DNA from: Nitrosopumilus sp.
GTDB taxonomy: Archaea; Thermoproteota; Nitrososphaeria; Nitrososphaerales; Nitrosopumilaceae
DNA: 64,000 nucleotides
Assembly: GCA_965218695.1 (NCBI GenBank)
Contig: OZ244651.1
Location: 2,368,001 to 2,432,000, forward strand
Direction of reading: 5' to 3'
Below are positions 18,759 through 27,850 of this stretch, in pieces. A program made the position numbers and the translations under genes. The notes beneath the pieces are model-generated. The model saw only the letters and a program-made list of their open reading frames with translations, made no database searches and was not told the origin of the DNA. Each line of letters starts with the position of its first letter. Within the stretch, counting starts at the first letter, position 1.

Positions 18759-20072
18759 TTAATTGTTTGAAACGGCGCTGCCGGGGACGTTTGCCTCTTC
18801 CCAGTTTATTACCGGCCCCAGCGTGCTACCTGAAGGAGGTCCTTTCTTCATCTGGTTCCACAGGAGGTCCAGGTTTACGAGTCCGGTTATTATGTTAAAT
18901 TCCCTGTTAAAGTCGCCAATCTTTCCCTTGTATGGCGCGGTAAGCCGGCCGTACCGCTTCAGCCTGCCGATGGAGTGCTCCACCTTTACCCTGGCCGAGT
19001 TGACGGCGTGGTTGTGCTCCTTTTCCTCCTTTGTAAAGCGCTTGTGGTTCTTGGTCTTCTTGTGCGGCTGCAGGGTGTTTGTGCCGGGCAGATCCTTTGC
19101 GATTCCCTTGTAGCCGCGGTCAGTAAGGGTGTGGATCCTGTCCTCTTCGGGGGTGTTCTCGTCGCACATGCGGTCCCACCATTTTCCAAACGGCAGCGGG
19201 CTCTCCCTGAGCAGCGTGATGTCGTGGACGGATCCCACGGTGCTGCCGGATATGGCGACTATCACCCCGTTTTCATTTATGCAGACTGTGGTGTTGAGCG
19301 TGAATTTCTTCTTCTTGCCCGAATACATCATGCTCCTCATCTGTTTTTCGTCCGGCCTCTGTATGGGGCAGTGCGTGCCGTCGATCATCATGATGCCCCC
19401 GTCAGGCCCGGAAATTATTTTTTTGAGATCCTCTTTTGTCTCCGTGCCTGCTATCTCCTTTGATATGTTGGCAGCAGTGGGCAGCGCCGCCTCGAGTACC
19501 GCGTCCATGACGTCGATGTACCTGGACACGGTCGCCTGGTCTATTCCAAAGAATGCCGCAAGCGCGCCCTGCGTGGGGTTGCCCTTTTTGTACATCAGTG
19601 ACATGAGTAGCGCGTGCCTTGGGTACAGCTTGCAGCGGTTCCCGGGATCCGACGCCCTCGTCTCGTCGTTCCTGAAGAGCGGGGATTTGCCGCTTTGTCT
19701 TATCCATGCCTCGGCCCTGTCAAGTATGTACTGGAATTGCCCCCTGCCCTTCAGCGTCGCGTCATGAAGCTTCTTCCCGACGCCGATGACGTCGTCAAGC
19801 ACCTCCACGCGGTGCAGCAGGGCGGGCTCCCCTGCGGCTCCGGACTCGGAGCCGTCCCGCGTGCTCCACAGGCTTTGCTCGTGCTTGGCGGCTGCCTCCA
19901 AGCGCTTGATGTCAGCGTCCTGGCGCTTGATGTCAGCGTCCTGGCGCTTGATGTCAGCGTCCTGGCGCTTGATCATGTATCTGAGAGCCTTGTTCTCTTT
20001 TTGCAGGTCACTTGTTTCCTGATTCGACAACAGTATGAACCGGCATATTCTGGTTTTAATTGGATGGATCAT
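18759..20072 (-). CDS. DDE_Tnp_4-type transposase
   Basis: IDGTHCP, TDRGYKG and RVKVEHSIGRLK motifs; near-identical to 43649-44941. Confidence 0.92.
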   Translation of the reverse strand: MIHPIKTRICRFILLSNQETSDLQKENKALRYMIKRQDADIKRQDADIKRQDADIKRLEAAAKHEQSLWSTRDGSESGAAGEPALLHRVEVLDDVIGVGKKLHDATLKGRGQFQYILDRAEAWIRQSGKSPLFRNDETRASDPGNRCKLYPRHALLMSLMYKKGNPTQGALAAFFGIDQATVSRYIDVMDAVLEAALPTAANISKEIAGTETKEDLKKIISGPDGGIMMIDGTHCPIQRPDEKQMRSMMYSGKKKKFTLNTTVCINENGVIVAISGSTVGSVHDITLLRESPLPFGKWWDRMCDENTPEEDRIHTLTDRGYKGIAKDLPGTNTLQPHKKTKNHKRFTKEEKEHNHAVNSARVKVEHSIGRLKRYGRLTAPYKGKIGDFNREFNIITGLVNLDLLWNQMKKGPPSGSTLGPVINWEEANVPGSAVSNN

Positions 20073-20140
20073 AAATTTTTGACAGCAGGGCTAACATGTC
20101 AGCGCGGAGTTTGAAAAAGTTCCGGATTACGCATATTTTC

Positions 20141-21781
20141 GTAACTGCATAGTTTTTTGATCAAATGTTGAACTCCATGCCTACGCGCGTCTATGCAGTT
20201 TTTTGACGTGGAGCCAGGCCCTCGCGCAGGATCGTGCCAAGATCATCTCCCCTTGCCTTGCATGTCTGCTTGATGCTCATCAGCGTGGCAATGGCATCTG
20301 CACCCTTCTTTGACCTGCTCCCGTTGCTGTTCTTGCGCAGGATGACGCACGGCCTGATGGCCCGCTCTGCCCGGTTGTTGTGGTATTCGACGCCGTCTGT
20401 CTCCAGAAACGCAAACAGGTGGCCTTTTTCCCGCACCAGCCTCTTGCGCATCCTGTTGCAGTGCTTGCAGTCGCGGTCCTTTTCGAGCCTGCCGATAAGT
20501 GACGCAATACGACGATCCAGCCTCTTCTTTGCGGCAAGCGCGTCTGCCCCTCCCGGAACGGCGCCGTCGATGTGCGAGTCCCACAGTATCGCGCGCAGCG
20601 TCCTTGCGTGACGCTTGTAGTCGTAGCCGGGATTCTTGTATTTCAGGGTGTCCTTGATGTCCCGGGCGTAATGAAGGTGGCACTTTTGGTGTTCGGATCC
20701 GATGACGTTCCACGCGGCCCACGAGTCAGACGTGACGCATCCCGGGTAGTCCTTGCCGAGCATCTTTTTTGGAACCTTCGAGTTCCTGTGGCGGTGCACC
20801 TCGTAGATTACGGCGTACCTGGCTACAGCCACCCACAGCCAGTAGTTCGTGCCGTCGACGCGCCAGATTGTCTCGTCCCCGTTTATCGCAGGCGAGTTTC
20901 TTACCTCCTCCTTGATCTTCTCGTACAGCGGCCCGAGCTCCCGGGCCATCCTGCACACCATGCGGTTTATCGCAGATTCCGTGATTCTTGCCGAGTACAT
21001 CATCATGACAATATTGCATATTCTGAGGTCTGACATGCCGTGCAGCCTGAGGATGACCATCATTATCATAAAGTTGATCCCGTACCTGGAGTTTGGCAGT
21101 GCCAGCGGGGTCCTGCCGGACACGGTCCTCTTGCAGTTCCTGCAACGCCTTCTCTTTACTGTCACCTTGATGTGCTTTAGTTCCGTCTTGGCAGCCTCCC
21201 TTACCACCTTTGTGTACGTGGATACGCACTCGGAGAGGTCGGAGCTGCCGCAGTTGTCGCACGTGTGGGGATCTGCCGTCTCCTCTGCGTCTATTCTTTC
21301 AGGACGCGCAAGGCCCGTGCGTTTGTGGTCACTTGGCTTGCCCTTGGCCTTGCCCTTGCCCTTTGCGCGGCGCCGGGTACTGCCGGTCTTTTTGTCCGGT
21401 TTTGCGCCGATGCTCCTTGCAACGGCAGCCGATATGATGCCCTTTGCCTCCTGCAACTCTGCCGTGAGATCCTGGATCTGTTTGAGGGCGGCAGCGTAAA
21501 GATCAGCGAGTTTGGCCATCTGCCGGTCTTTTTCGGCCATCTGCCGGTCTTTTTCGGCCATCTGCTCTGCCATCACACCCACTTTTTCCTCCAGTTCTGC
21601 AATCCTTGACTCGGAATTATCATCAGACATATGCAAACCGTGGGCAACAATGATCTAAAAATTAGGACGGAGAGAAAAACTCGATCAAGTGATCAAAAAT
21701 AGTTTTAAAAAATTAGACAGACGCGGATTTTCTGATTGTAGATATGGAGTTCAACATTTGATCAAAAAACTACACAGATAC
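20141..21781 (-). mobile_element. IS66-family single-ORF element, copy b
   Basis: Same TIR family as 9238-10836; 8-bp TSD ATATTTTC at 20133-20140 and 21782-21789. Confidence 0.92.
20191..21636 (-). CDS. IS66 transposase
   Basis: Close paralogue of 9288-10694. Confidence 0.92.
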   Translation of the reverse strand: MHMSDDNSESRIAELEEKVGVMAEQMAEKDRQMAEKDRQMAKLADLYAAALKQIQDLTAELQEAKGIISAAVARSIGAKPDKKTGSTRRRAKGKGKAKGKPSDHKRTGLARPERIDAEETADPHTCDNCGSSDLSECVSTYTKVVREAAKTELKHIKVTVKRRRCRNCKRTVSGRTPLALPNSRYGINFMIMMVILRLHGMSDLRICNIVMMMYSARITESAINRMVCRMARELGPLYEKIKEEVRNSPAINGDETIWRVDGTNYWLWVAVARYAVIYEVHRHRNSKVPKKMLGKDYPGCVTSDSWAAWNVIGSEHQKCHLHYARDIKDTLKYKNPGYDYKRHARTLRAILWDSHIDGAVPGGADALAAKKRLDRRIASLIGRLEKDRDCKHCNRMRKRLVREKGHLFAFLETDGVEYHNNRAERAIRPCVILRKNSNGSRSKKGADAIATLMSIKQTCKARGDDLGTILREGLAPRQKTA

Positions 21782-21794
21782 ATATTTTCTAATA

Positions 21795-22982
21795 ATGAAA
21801 GTAACAAAATCAGTCTGGCAGTTCCACGACAAGAATGATGAACTGGTCGGTTATTTTGAGGAATTCAGGCGCATCACAAACGAGTCTGTCCGTCTTGGAT
21901 TGGAACGCGGGCTGACTTCAAGAAAATCTTTCCACGAGTCAATATATCCAGAACTAAAAAGTGACTTGTACGCATCTGTCAAACAGTGCGCGATCTATTC
22001 GGCAAAATCCATGTTGAAAGCAATGCGCACGAACAGGAGAAAAGGCAGGAAAGCCGGAACTCCTTACGTCACTGGAAGGGTGTTGAAATTCAACAACCAG
22101 GCATGCAAGATTGCAGGCGGATGCGTGGAGCTGTCGATAAAGGTCGAGACAAGGATAAAAATCAAGCTGTCGTCATACGTGCTAGAAAAAATAGACGGAA
22201 TGAACCTGGGAGGAATCACTGTCACTCCGAATAAGATAATATTATCGTATTCTAAAAAAATCGAAGAAAAAACTCCCACAGGATACATTGGAATAGACAT
22301 GAATTTTGACAACGTGACTACGTGCAACACTGACGACAGGATAACCAAGCACGACCTGTCAAACGTTGGCAAGATAAAACATAGATGCAGGGAAACAGTC
22401 TCGCATTTCAAGCGAAATGACTACAGGATAAGAAAAAAGATAGCCGGCAAGTACGGCAGGATTGGAAAAAACAGGACGAATGACATCCTGCACAAGACCA
22501 GCAAGAGAATAATCGAAGCCGGACACGTTCCGGTTAGGGAAGATTTGGAAGGAATTTCAAAACTGTGGAACAAGAAAAACAAGAGGGGAAAGAATGTCAA
22601 CTTCCGGGGCAAGAACTGGAGATATTACGAACTTGGAAGACAGCTGGACTACAAAGCCAGATGGAACGGAATCGTTCCAATAAAGATAAATCCAAAAGGC
22701 ACAAGCTCGAAATGCGCGGGATGTGGTGGAAAGATGTCAAACGCCGAAGAGCGCAGAATGGTGCGATGCCCTGTAGGAAACATCACGGTAGACCGTGACA
22801 AGCACGCAAGTATCAACATACTTGCACGAGGCCTGAAGGTCGGGCCCGTAGGATCCGCAAGTGAAGCGATGGGGATGGATAGCCACGAGAGGATAAGTCT
22901 CATGGTGAAGAATTCAGTCGATGCGGATCAGTTGGCAAATTGCAGATCACGGCGGTTAACAGCCGTCAGCAGATCTCGATGA
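21795..22982 (+). CDS. tnpB: TnpB RNA-guided endonuclease
   Basis: RuvC-I YIGIDMN, RuvC-II REDLEGI, QLDYKARWNG, TSSKCAGCG zinc ribbon and RuvC-III DRDKHASINI. Confidence 0.92.
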   Translation: MKVTKSVWQFHDKNDELVGYFEEFRRITNESVRLGLERGLTSRKSFHESIYPELKSDLYASVKQCAIYSAKSMLKAMRTNRRKGRKAGTPYVTGRVLKFNNQACKIAGGCVELSIKVETRIKIKLSSYVLEKIDGMNLGGITVTPNKIILSYSKKIEEKTPTGYIGIDMNFDNVTTCNTDDRITKHDLSNVGKIKHRCRETVSHFKRNDYRIRKKIAGKYGRIGKNRTNDILHKTSKRIIEAGHVPVREDLEGISKLWNKKNKRGKNVNFRGKNWRYYELGRQLDYKARWNGIVPIKINPKGTSSKCAGCGGKMSNAEERRMVRCPVGNITVDRDKHASINILARGLKVGPVGSASEAMGMDSHERISLMVKNSVDADQLANCRSRRLTAVSRSR

Positions 22983-23012
22983 GTTAACAGAACCTGAATT
23001 ATCAGAAATGGG
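22820..23012 (+). ncRNA. putative omegaRNA overlapping the tnpB 3' end and the right TIR
   Basis: Long-range stem GATCCGCA (22852-22859) / TGCGGATC (22922-22929) and hairpin ACGGC..GCCGT. The position matches established TnpB omegaRNA geometry; boundaries are estimates. Confidence 0.5.
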
Positions 23013-23045
23013 TCAGGGTGTTGTGGCTGGCAAGACACGGTTCTG

Positions 23046-23480
23046 TTAGGCCAGCAGATTGGTGTTTGGCACAACCCTGAAGATGTGCACGGAGTAGTCC
23101 CCCGAGAAGAGGTTTACGTACTCCCCAGTCAGGGCGTCAAGGTTTCTGACTCGGAATATGTACTCGTACGAGCCGTCATCGAGCGGATCGACTTGCGCGG
23201 TGTGGACTAGATCCACATTTTGATAAAACTGGATTACTACCGCATAGCCGTCAACATGTTCGGACGGTTCCCCGCTGACTGCCCCCCAGGGATGCGTGTT
23301 GGTCAGGGGGATGTTCATTGGTATGACAGTCTTTTCCATGCTGATCTCCTCGTTTAGCGGAACGACTGTGACAGTCCCGACATTTGGTTCTGCAGACACG
23401 ATTGCCGGAATGCCGATCATGCCAAGTACGGCCATTGCAGAGACAGTCATGAGAAGACCCGATGTTATCATTGTTAGCAT
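23046..23480 (-). CDS. secreted hypothetical protein
   Basis: N-terminal signal peptide followed by a beta-rich domain. Confidence 0.75.
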   Translation of the reverse strand: MLTMITSGLLMTVSAMAVLGMIGIPAIVSAEPNVGTVTVVPLNEEISMEKTVIPMNIPLTNTHPWGAVSGEPSEHVDGYAVVIQFYQNVDLVHTAQVDPLDDGSYEYIFRVRNLDALTGEYVNLFSGDYSVHIFRVVPNTNLLA

Positions 23481-23524
23481 GGATTGTACCGTTGAGGCTT
23501 AAATAAATTTCTGCAAATCAATCA

Positions 23525-23656
23525 TCATGGAATCTCGTCTTCAATATCAGAGCATGCCTTGTGAACCCATTGGTTCTTGGAGTTCTTTGCTATCTCCCTG
23601 CCGGTCTTTATCGCATCCCCGCATTCTATGCATTTTCCGTTGAACCGCGCCTTCAT
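23525..23656 (-). CDS. small zinc-finger protein
   Basis: MKARFNGKCIECG...WVHKAC (CxxC..HxxC). Confidence 0.7.
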   Translation of the reverse strand: MKARFNGKCIECGDAIKTGREIAKNSKNQWVHKACSDIEDEIP

Positions 23657-23835
23657 CAGAATTCCATGAAACGTCTCTGCTTTTAAAGTTGGCTTATCCC
23701 AAATGCATGCCTGCAAAGACAGCCAATGGTGTGCAGTTGGGACACGGACGCTAATGCTGCTGCTGTTGCTGTTGCTGCTGCCACAGGCTACCCCACGTAA
23801 CGAGTCTTTTTATAGCACTCTTCAAGCAAAACACC

Positions 23836-24378
23836 GTGCAACAAACACATTACAACAAACTCAGCCTTGTAATGCTGGGCCTTGTCGTGTTTTGCTCGGT
23901 CGTCGCATCCTTGGTCGTGGTCTTCTTTTTAGCTCCGATGGTGATTTATGGCGGCGGGCCGTTCGGAATGGGCGCACCCCCGGATATTCCGGATGATGTG
24001 CTGCAGGATCTAAAGGATGAGATTTACGCACTAGAGTCCGTAACCACGTTCAAAGAGACGCATCCAAGTTACAGGGAGCACCTTGAGGAGCACTATGGTG
24101 TGGAATATGTCATACAGGCCAGAAATTCAAACACGGGCAACATATTATCGCTAATGATCAACTATCATCCCCTGGGGCCTCCCGGAAGCACCGACGAATT
24201 CCAAAGCAACTCCCACCTGGAATGCATTCCGGGAGAAGGAATTTTGGGACCCGAAAGCATGATGATGCAAAGCATGTTCAGGGGCATGGGCGGGGAGGAT
24301 CTGTTCATTCACGAGACAATCAAGGCTACAAACTGCCTTGATGACGATTGGGAGCCGGTCATGGTCACCGACAGGTAG
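23836..24378 (+). CDS. membrane-anchored hypothetical protein
   Basis: N-terminal TM segment; TTTTATA box upstream. Confidence 0.7.
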   Translation: MQQTHYNKLSLVMLGLVVFCSVVASLVVVFFLAPMVIYGGGPFGMGAPPDIPDDVLQDLKDEIYALESVTTFKETHPSYREHLEEHYGVEYVIQARNSNTGNILSLMINYHPLGPPGSTDEFQSNSHLECIPGEGILGPESMMMQSMFRGMGGEDLFIHETIKATNCLDDDWEPVMVTDR

Positions 24379-24664
24379 TCACGAGGGCGCCGATCTAATT
24401 CCCCAAATCCCGCTTACGCATTTCCAGCCGATGATCAGAACGCATACTGTTAGGACAAATTACGGGATCAACAAATGGGGAAAGACACTTTGATCAGAAC
24501 AAACCGCTCCATCTATGAACCAAAAAAGGTTACTTGGACTAGTCTGTTGCCAACCTGTTGAACATGTGATGGCCCTGCCCGCCCACCACGTGTGACGGGT
24601 TATCATGTGGTCAACAAACTAACAGGCGGCATCACTTTAAATCATATCTGCGTGTAACGGTATC

Positions 24665-25066
24665 ATGAATTACCCGGTACTGATTTATGACAATCTGTGC
24701 TCTCCCTGTACGGATTATGCCAGGTTGGTCAACAGCATTCTCAACGGCAGGATCACGATGATTGGGCACTACACCAAGCAGGGAACAGAGTTCAAGCAGG
24801 AAATATTTCCCAATGGGTATGACGGCCTGGAGATGTCGTGGTTTGTGACTGAGGCCAAGGCATACGGGGGAAGCAGGGGGCTGTGGCAGTTAATCATGTA
24901 TGTGTTTTCGGCAAAGCATGATGATGATGAAAGGTTTCCGGAGAATGTCTTTGATCTCGGCGCATGCTCTGCAGAGTGCAGCAGCATCAGGGGGATGGCA
25001 GTCAGGACACGCAGCATCATCGTTGATGGCGCAGTCATAGAGAGAAGGGATCGCCTGCAGAAATAA
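24665..25066 (+). CDS. DCC1-like thiol-disulfide oxidoreductase domain protein
   Basis: N-terminal LIYDNLCSPC (DxxCxxC). Confidence 0.65.
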   Translation: MNYPVLIYDNLCSPCTDYARLVNSILNGRITMIGHYTKQGTEFKQEIFPNGYDGLEMSWFVTEAKAYGGSRGLWQLIMYVFSAKHDDDERFPENVFDLGACSAECSSIRGMAVRTRSIIVDGAVIERRDRLQK

Positions 25067-25158
25067 TGCCGGACATTAGTCACCCTTGGCAGCAGGCGTC
25101 AAATTCGGATGGTATGGGTTCCATTGAACAAGATGTTTTGGCCGCCACGCACGCACCC

Positions 25159-26733
25159 TCAGGAGGCGCGGCGCGTCTTGCCGGCTGCCTGCCTGCGCAT
25201 CTGCATTGCCGCTGCTACCGGTGCTGCCACATAGATGCCTGCATTCAAAAGTATTACAGATACCCCCAGGGCAAGTATTTCTGCATCCGTGCCTCCGTCG
25301 GCTGCACCCATTATTGGGAGCGTTAGGATCATTGGCAGGATGAGTGCCCTTACAGCTTCGCGCACCGCCGGATGCTCCCGTACCATGTCTGCCACTGCCG
25401 GTGAGAATGAGTAATAGGCCGAGTTGAAGGCGGCCATGAACGCGGCTCCCGATTCTGTGTTCAGCAGGTGTTCGTCCCTTATCTCGCGCAGCATCTGAAT
25501 CTGCGGCGCAAGCTCAGTGCCGTACACCGCGGTAGCCACAAGGCATCCGCCTCCGTCCTTGGGTACTGCGGGTTCTGCAAAGGCTGCAGAGCCCTTGGGG
25601 CCTATCCGATATATTGTGTTCTCCACATGGCTTATCATATACAAGAGGCCGTCAGAGCCCATCTCCATGTCTGTAATGCATCCAAACCCCGTACCGATGA
25701 TTATCTCATCTTGGGAGTCCTCTAGGCCTGCCACCGTATCCTGCAGATCAGGGCTGGAGAAGACAAACCCGTCGCGTTCCGGGTTCAGTTGGAACCTGTA
25801 GAGGTGGCTGTTGTTGCAGTCCCCCACAAAGATTGAATCGTTGTACGCATCAGTATCTGCAAAATCTGCAAACTCGATGGCGGCAGGCGCCACAGTCCTT
25901 ACCCAGCTGAACTTTGGATCCTGATACCTGTAATCCTCGTACCCTATGAATTCTGCCAACTCCTCATCGGTTGCAGGACCCATTATTGCATTCCATCCAC
26001 TGTTAAATCCGTCAGGCACCATGTTTACCTCGTCAAAGTCATCATCGCCATTCTCCGTGGCCCACATCATGCCCGTGACCGGGTCTATGGCAAGGCCAAA
26101 GCTATTCCTTATGCCAACTGCGTAATACGGTCCTTCAGGCTCCACCCGCAGTATCACGCTCGTGTCCAGATAGTCGGTGATTCCGGGAGGGAAAAGATAC
26201 TCCAGAGGCTTGTTCTGCAGCGGTCCGTACCTTCCAGTGTCCCCTATGACTGCATACACCTGATCGTCGGGGCCGGTGAGCATCACCCCGCTGTTGTGAT
26301 ACAGGTTTGCGGGAAGCTCCTTTACCAGAACCGGGTCTTTGAGGCGTTCCCCGTCCCACACATAGCTGTATATCCTGTTCACCCTCTCGACTTCGCTGTC
26401 CACGGTTGCAGTATAGTAGATGTATACGGTGGAGCCGACTGATGTGATCCCAAGCAGGCCAGATTCCCGGATCGGTTGAGTTTCCACAAACAGGACCGGT
26501 TCCTTTTGTAACACCCCGTCTCGTATCAGTCTGACCTTCCCGCCCTTTTGCAGAACCAGCAGCTCGTCGTCACTGACGAATTCCATACTAGTCACCCCGC
26601 AACAGAGATCAGACACAAAGACATCAAATTCCAGCCCGGGATCGTTGATGGCCGGTTCGGCATACGCGATTCCCCCTACGCCTACTGCAAAGGCCGCCGG
26701 CAGCAACAGCAGCAGAAGAAGGAGAACATGCAT
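25159..26733 (-). CDS. PQQ-dependent sugar (glucose/sorbosone) dehydrogenase with CFI-box-CTERM domain
   Basis: ESGLLGI, GIRNSFGLAIDP and TENG..DEVN...NSGW motifs; C-terminal GGGCLVATAVYGTELAPQIQMLREIRD plus TM. Confidence 0.88.
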   Translation of the reverse strand: MHVLLLLLLLLPAAFAVGVGGIAYAEPAINDPGLEFDVFVSDLCCGVTSMEFVSDDELLVLQKGGKVRLIRDGVLQKEPVLFVETQPIRESGLLGITSVGSTVYIYYTATVDSEVERVNRIYSYVWDGERLKDPVLVKELPANLYHNSGVMLTGPDDQVYAVIGDTGRYGPLQNKPLEYLFPPGITDYLDTSVILRVEPEGPYYAVGIRNSFGLAIDPVTGMMWATENGDDDFDEVNMVPDGFNSGWNAIMGPATDEELAEFIGYEDYRYQDPKFSWVRTVAPAAIEFADFADTDAYNDSIFVGDCNNSHLYRFQLNPERDGFVFSSPDLQDTVAGLEDSQDEIIIGTGFGCITDMEMGSDGLLYMISHVENTIYRIGPKGSAAFAEPAVPKDGGGCLVATAVYGTELAPQIQMLREIRDEHLLNTESGAAFMAAFNSAYYSFSPAVADMVREHPAVREAVRALILPMILTLPIMGAADGGTDAEILALGVSVILLNAGIYVAAPVAAAMQMRRQAAGKTRRAS

Positions 26734-26882
26734 GACAATCCTTTGTGTGTGATTATAAAAAGATCCACAATCCAAGACGGGTGCCCGTGCAGGGCCCGTC
26801 ATTCAAGTGCAGGACGGTTATAGGTGAGTGGACTTGAATTCAAAGCGGACCCTAGGCCAATCACCTGAACATCCAACATACG

Positions 26883-27850
26883 CTAGTTGTTCGTGCCGAA
26901 GATGTCTTCGGTGGCAGTTACGTTGACGACGTATGATGGCTGGCTTGGCGGCATCATTATTTTCAGGACGGTGCCATCCATCTCAAAGAAACCAGAGTCC
27001 CCGCCGGAGCCTATGCCGTATGTGGGGTTCTGCCGGTCAAGGAATGTATTCTGTGCGGCAATGTTGCCGACGATTCCAGTGGGGTCATCATGATTGATAG
27101 CAGAATCATCAAGTGTGATGTACCAGCTCCCCAGGTTTTGGTTGAAGGAGAATGCATTATGGAACATTGAGGATATGTCAGATACAGACAAGGCATCCTG
27201 GGATGTTTTCCACACTCGAGACGTCCCACGATGAGACGTCGCCGTTGAAGGGAGTATTACTGAACATCGCACCCATGTTTTCCACGCTCGAGGCGTCCCA
27301 CGATGAGGCGTCGCCGTTGAAGGGAGATCCTTCGAACATGTGTTCCATGCCTCTCACGTTCGAGACGTCCCATCCAGAGACATCGCCATTAAAGGCAGAC
27401 CATTGAAACATGGCACTCATGTCAGTCACCCCGGATAGATCCGGAGCGTCTGTCGCGTGATACGTGAACGTTGTCCACCTGAACGCAGATGCCATCGACT
27501 CCCATCAGACGTCACCCCACTGGTCAATTGATATCAGTTTGCCGGCGTTGTCCTGGTCTTCGCCAAGCAGGATACTCGTAAAGTTGCCCGATATGCGGAC
27601 GGCGTATTCTCCGGCATTTTCGTACGTGTGGCTCTGGTCTCCCGTGACGTCAGCAGACACGCTGCCGTCGCCCCAATCCACCGTGTAGGCACCTGTCGCG
27701 CCCCCCACCGGGATGGCTATGGACTCGTTTGGCGAGATGGTCCTCCACGTGGTGACAAACGGCATGTCGCCGGGGTTTTCTGTGTCGGTACTGCCAACCT
27801 CCGGTTTCCCTGATGCCTCTGTCTGTTTGGCAAGGGGCGTGTCACTCAAC
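26883..27850 (-). pseudogene. DUF285/BspA-like surface repeat protein, fragmented
   Basis: PFVTTWRT, YTVDWGDG and FNGDVSxWDVSxV repeats; in-frame TGA at 27505-27507 and a frameshift near 27200. Confidence 0.8.

Larger units (their letters stand above)
18594..21790 (-). mobile_element. IS5-family (ISL2-like) element, copy b, with IS66 inserted in one TIR
   Basis: TIRs AGAAGCCATGCGTAATCC / GGATTACGCATATTTTC..T; TSD AAT at 18591-18593 and 21791-21793. Confidence 0.88.
18415..22994 (+). mobile_element. non-autonomous TIR element (IS6-like ends) carrying tnpB; 1380 bp once nested IS are removed
   Basis: 52-bp TIRs at 18415-18466 and 22943-22994 (46/52 identical) starting GGTTCTGTTAAC; 8-bp TSD TGAATTAT at 18407-18414 and 22995-23002. 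Confidence 0.88.

Noticed and set aside
21795-22982. Cas12f / type V CRISPR effector
   Set aside because: No adjacent array or cas1/2/4; the context is a TIR element, so it is called TnpB.
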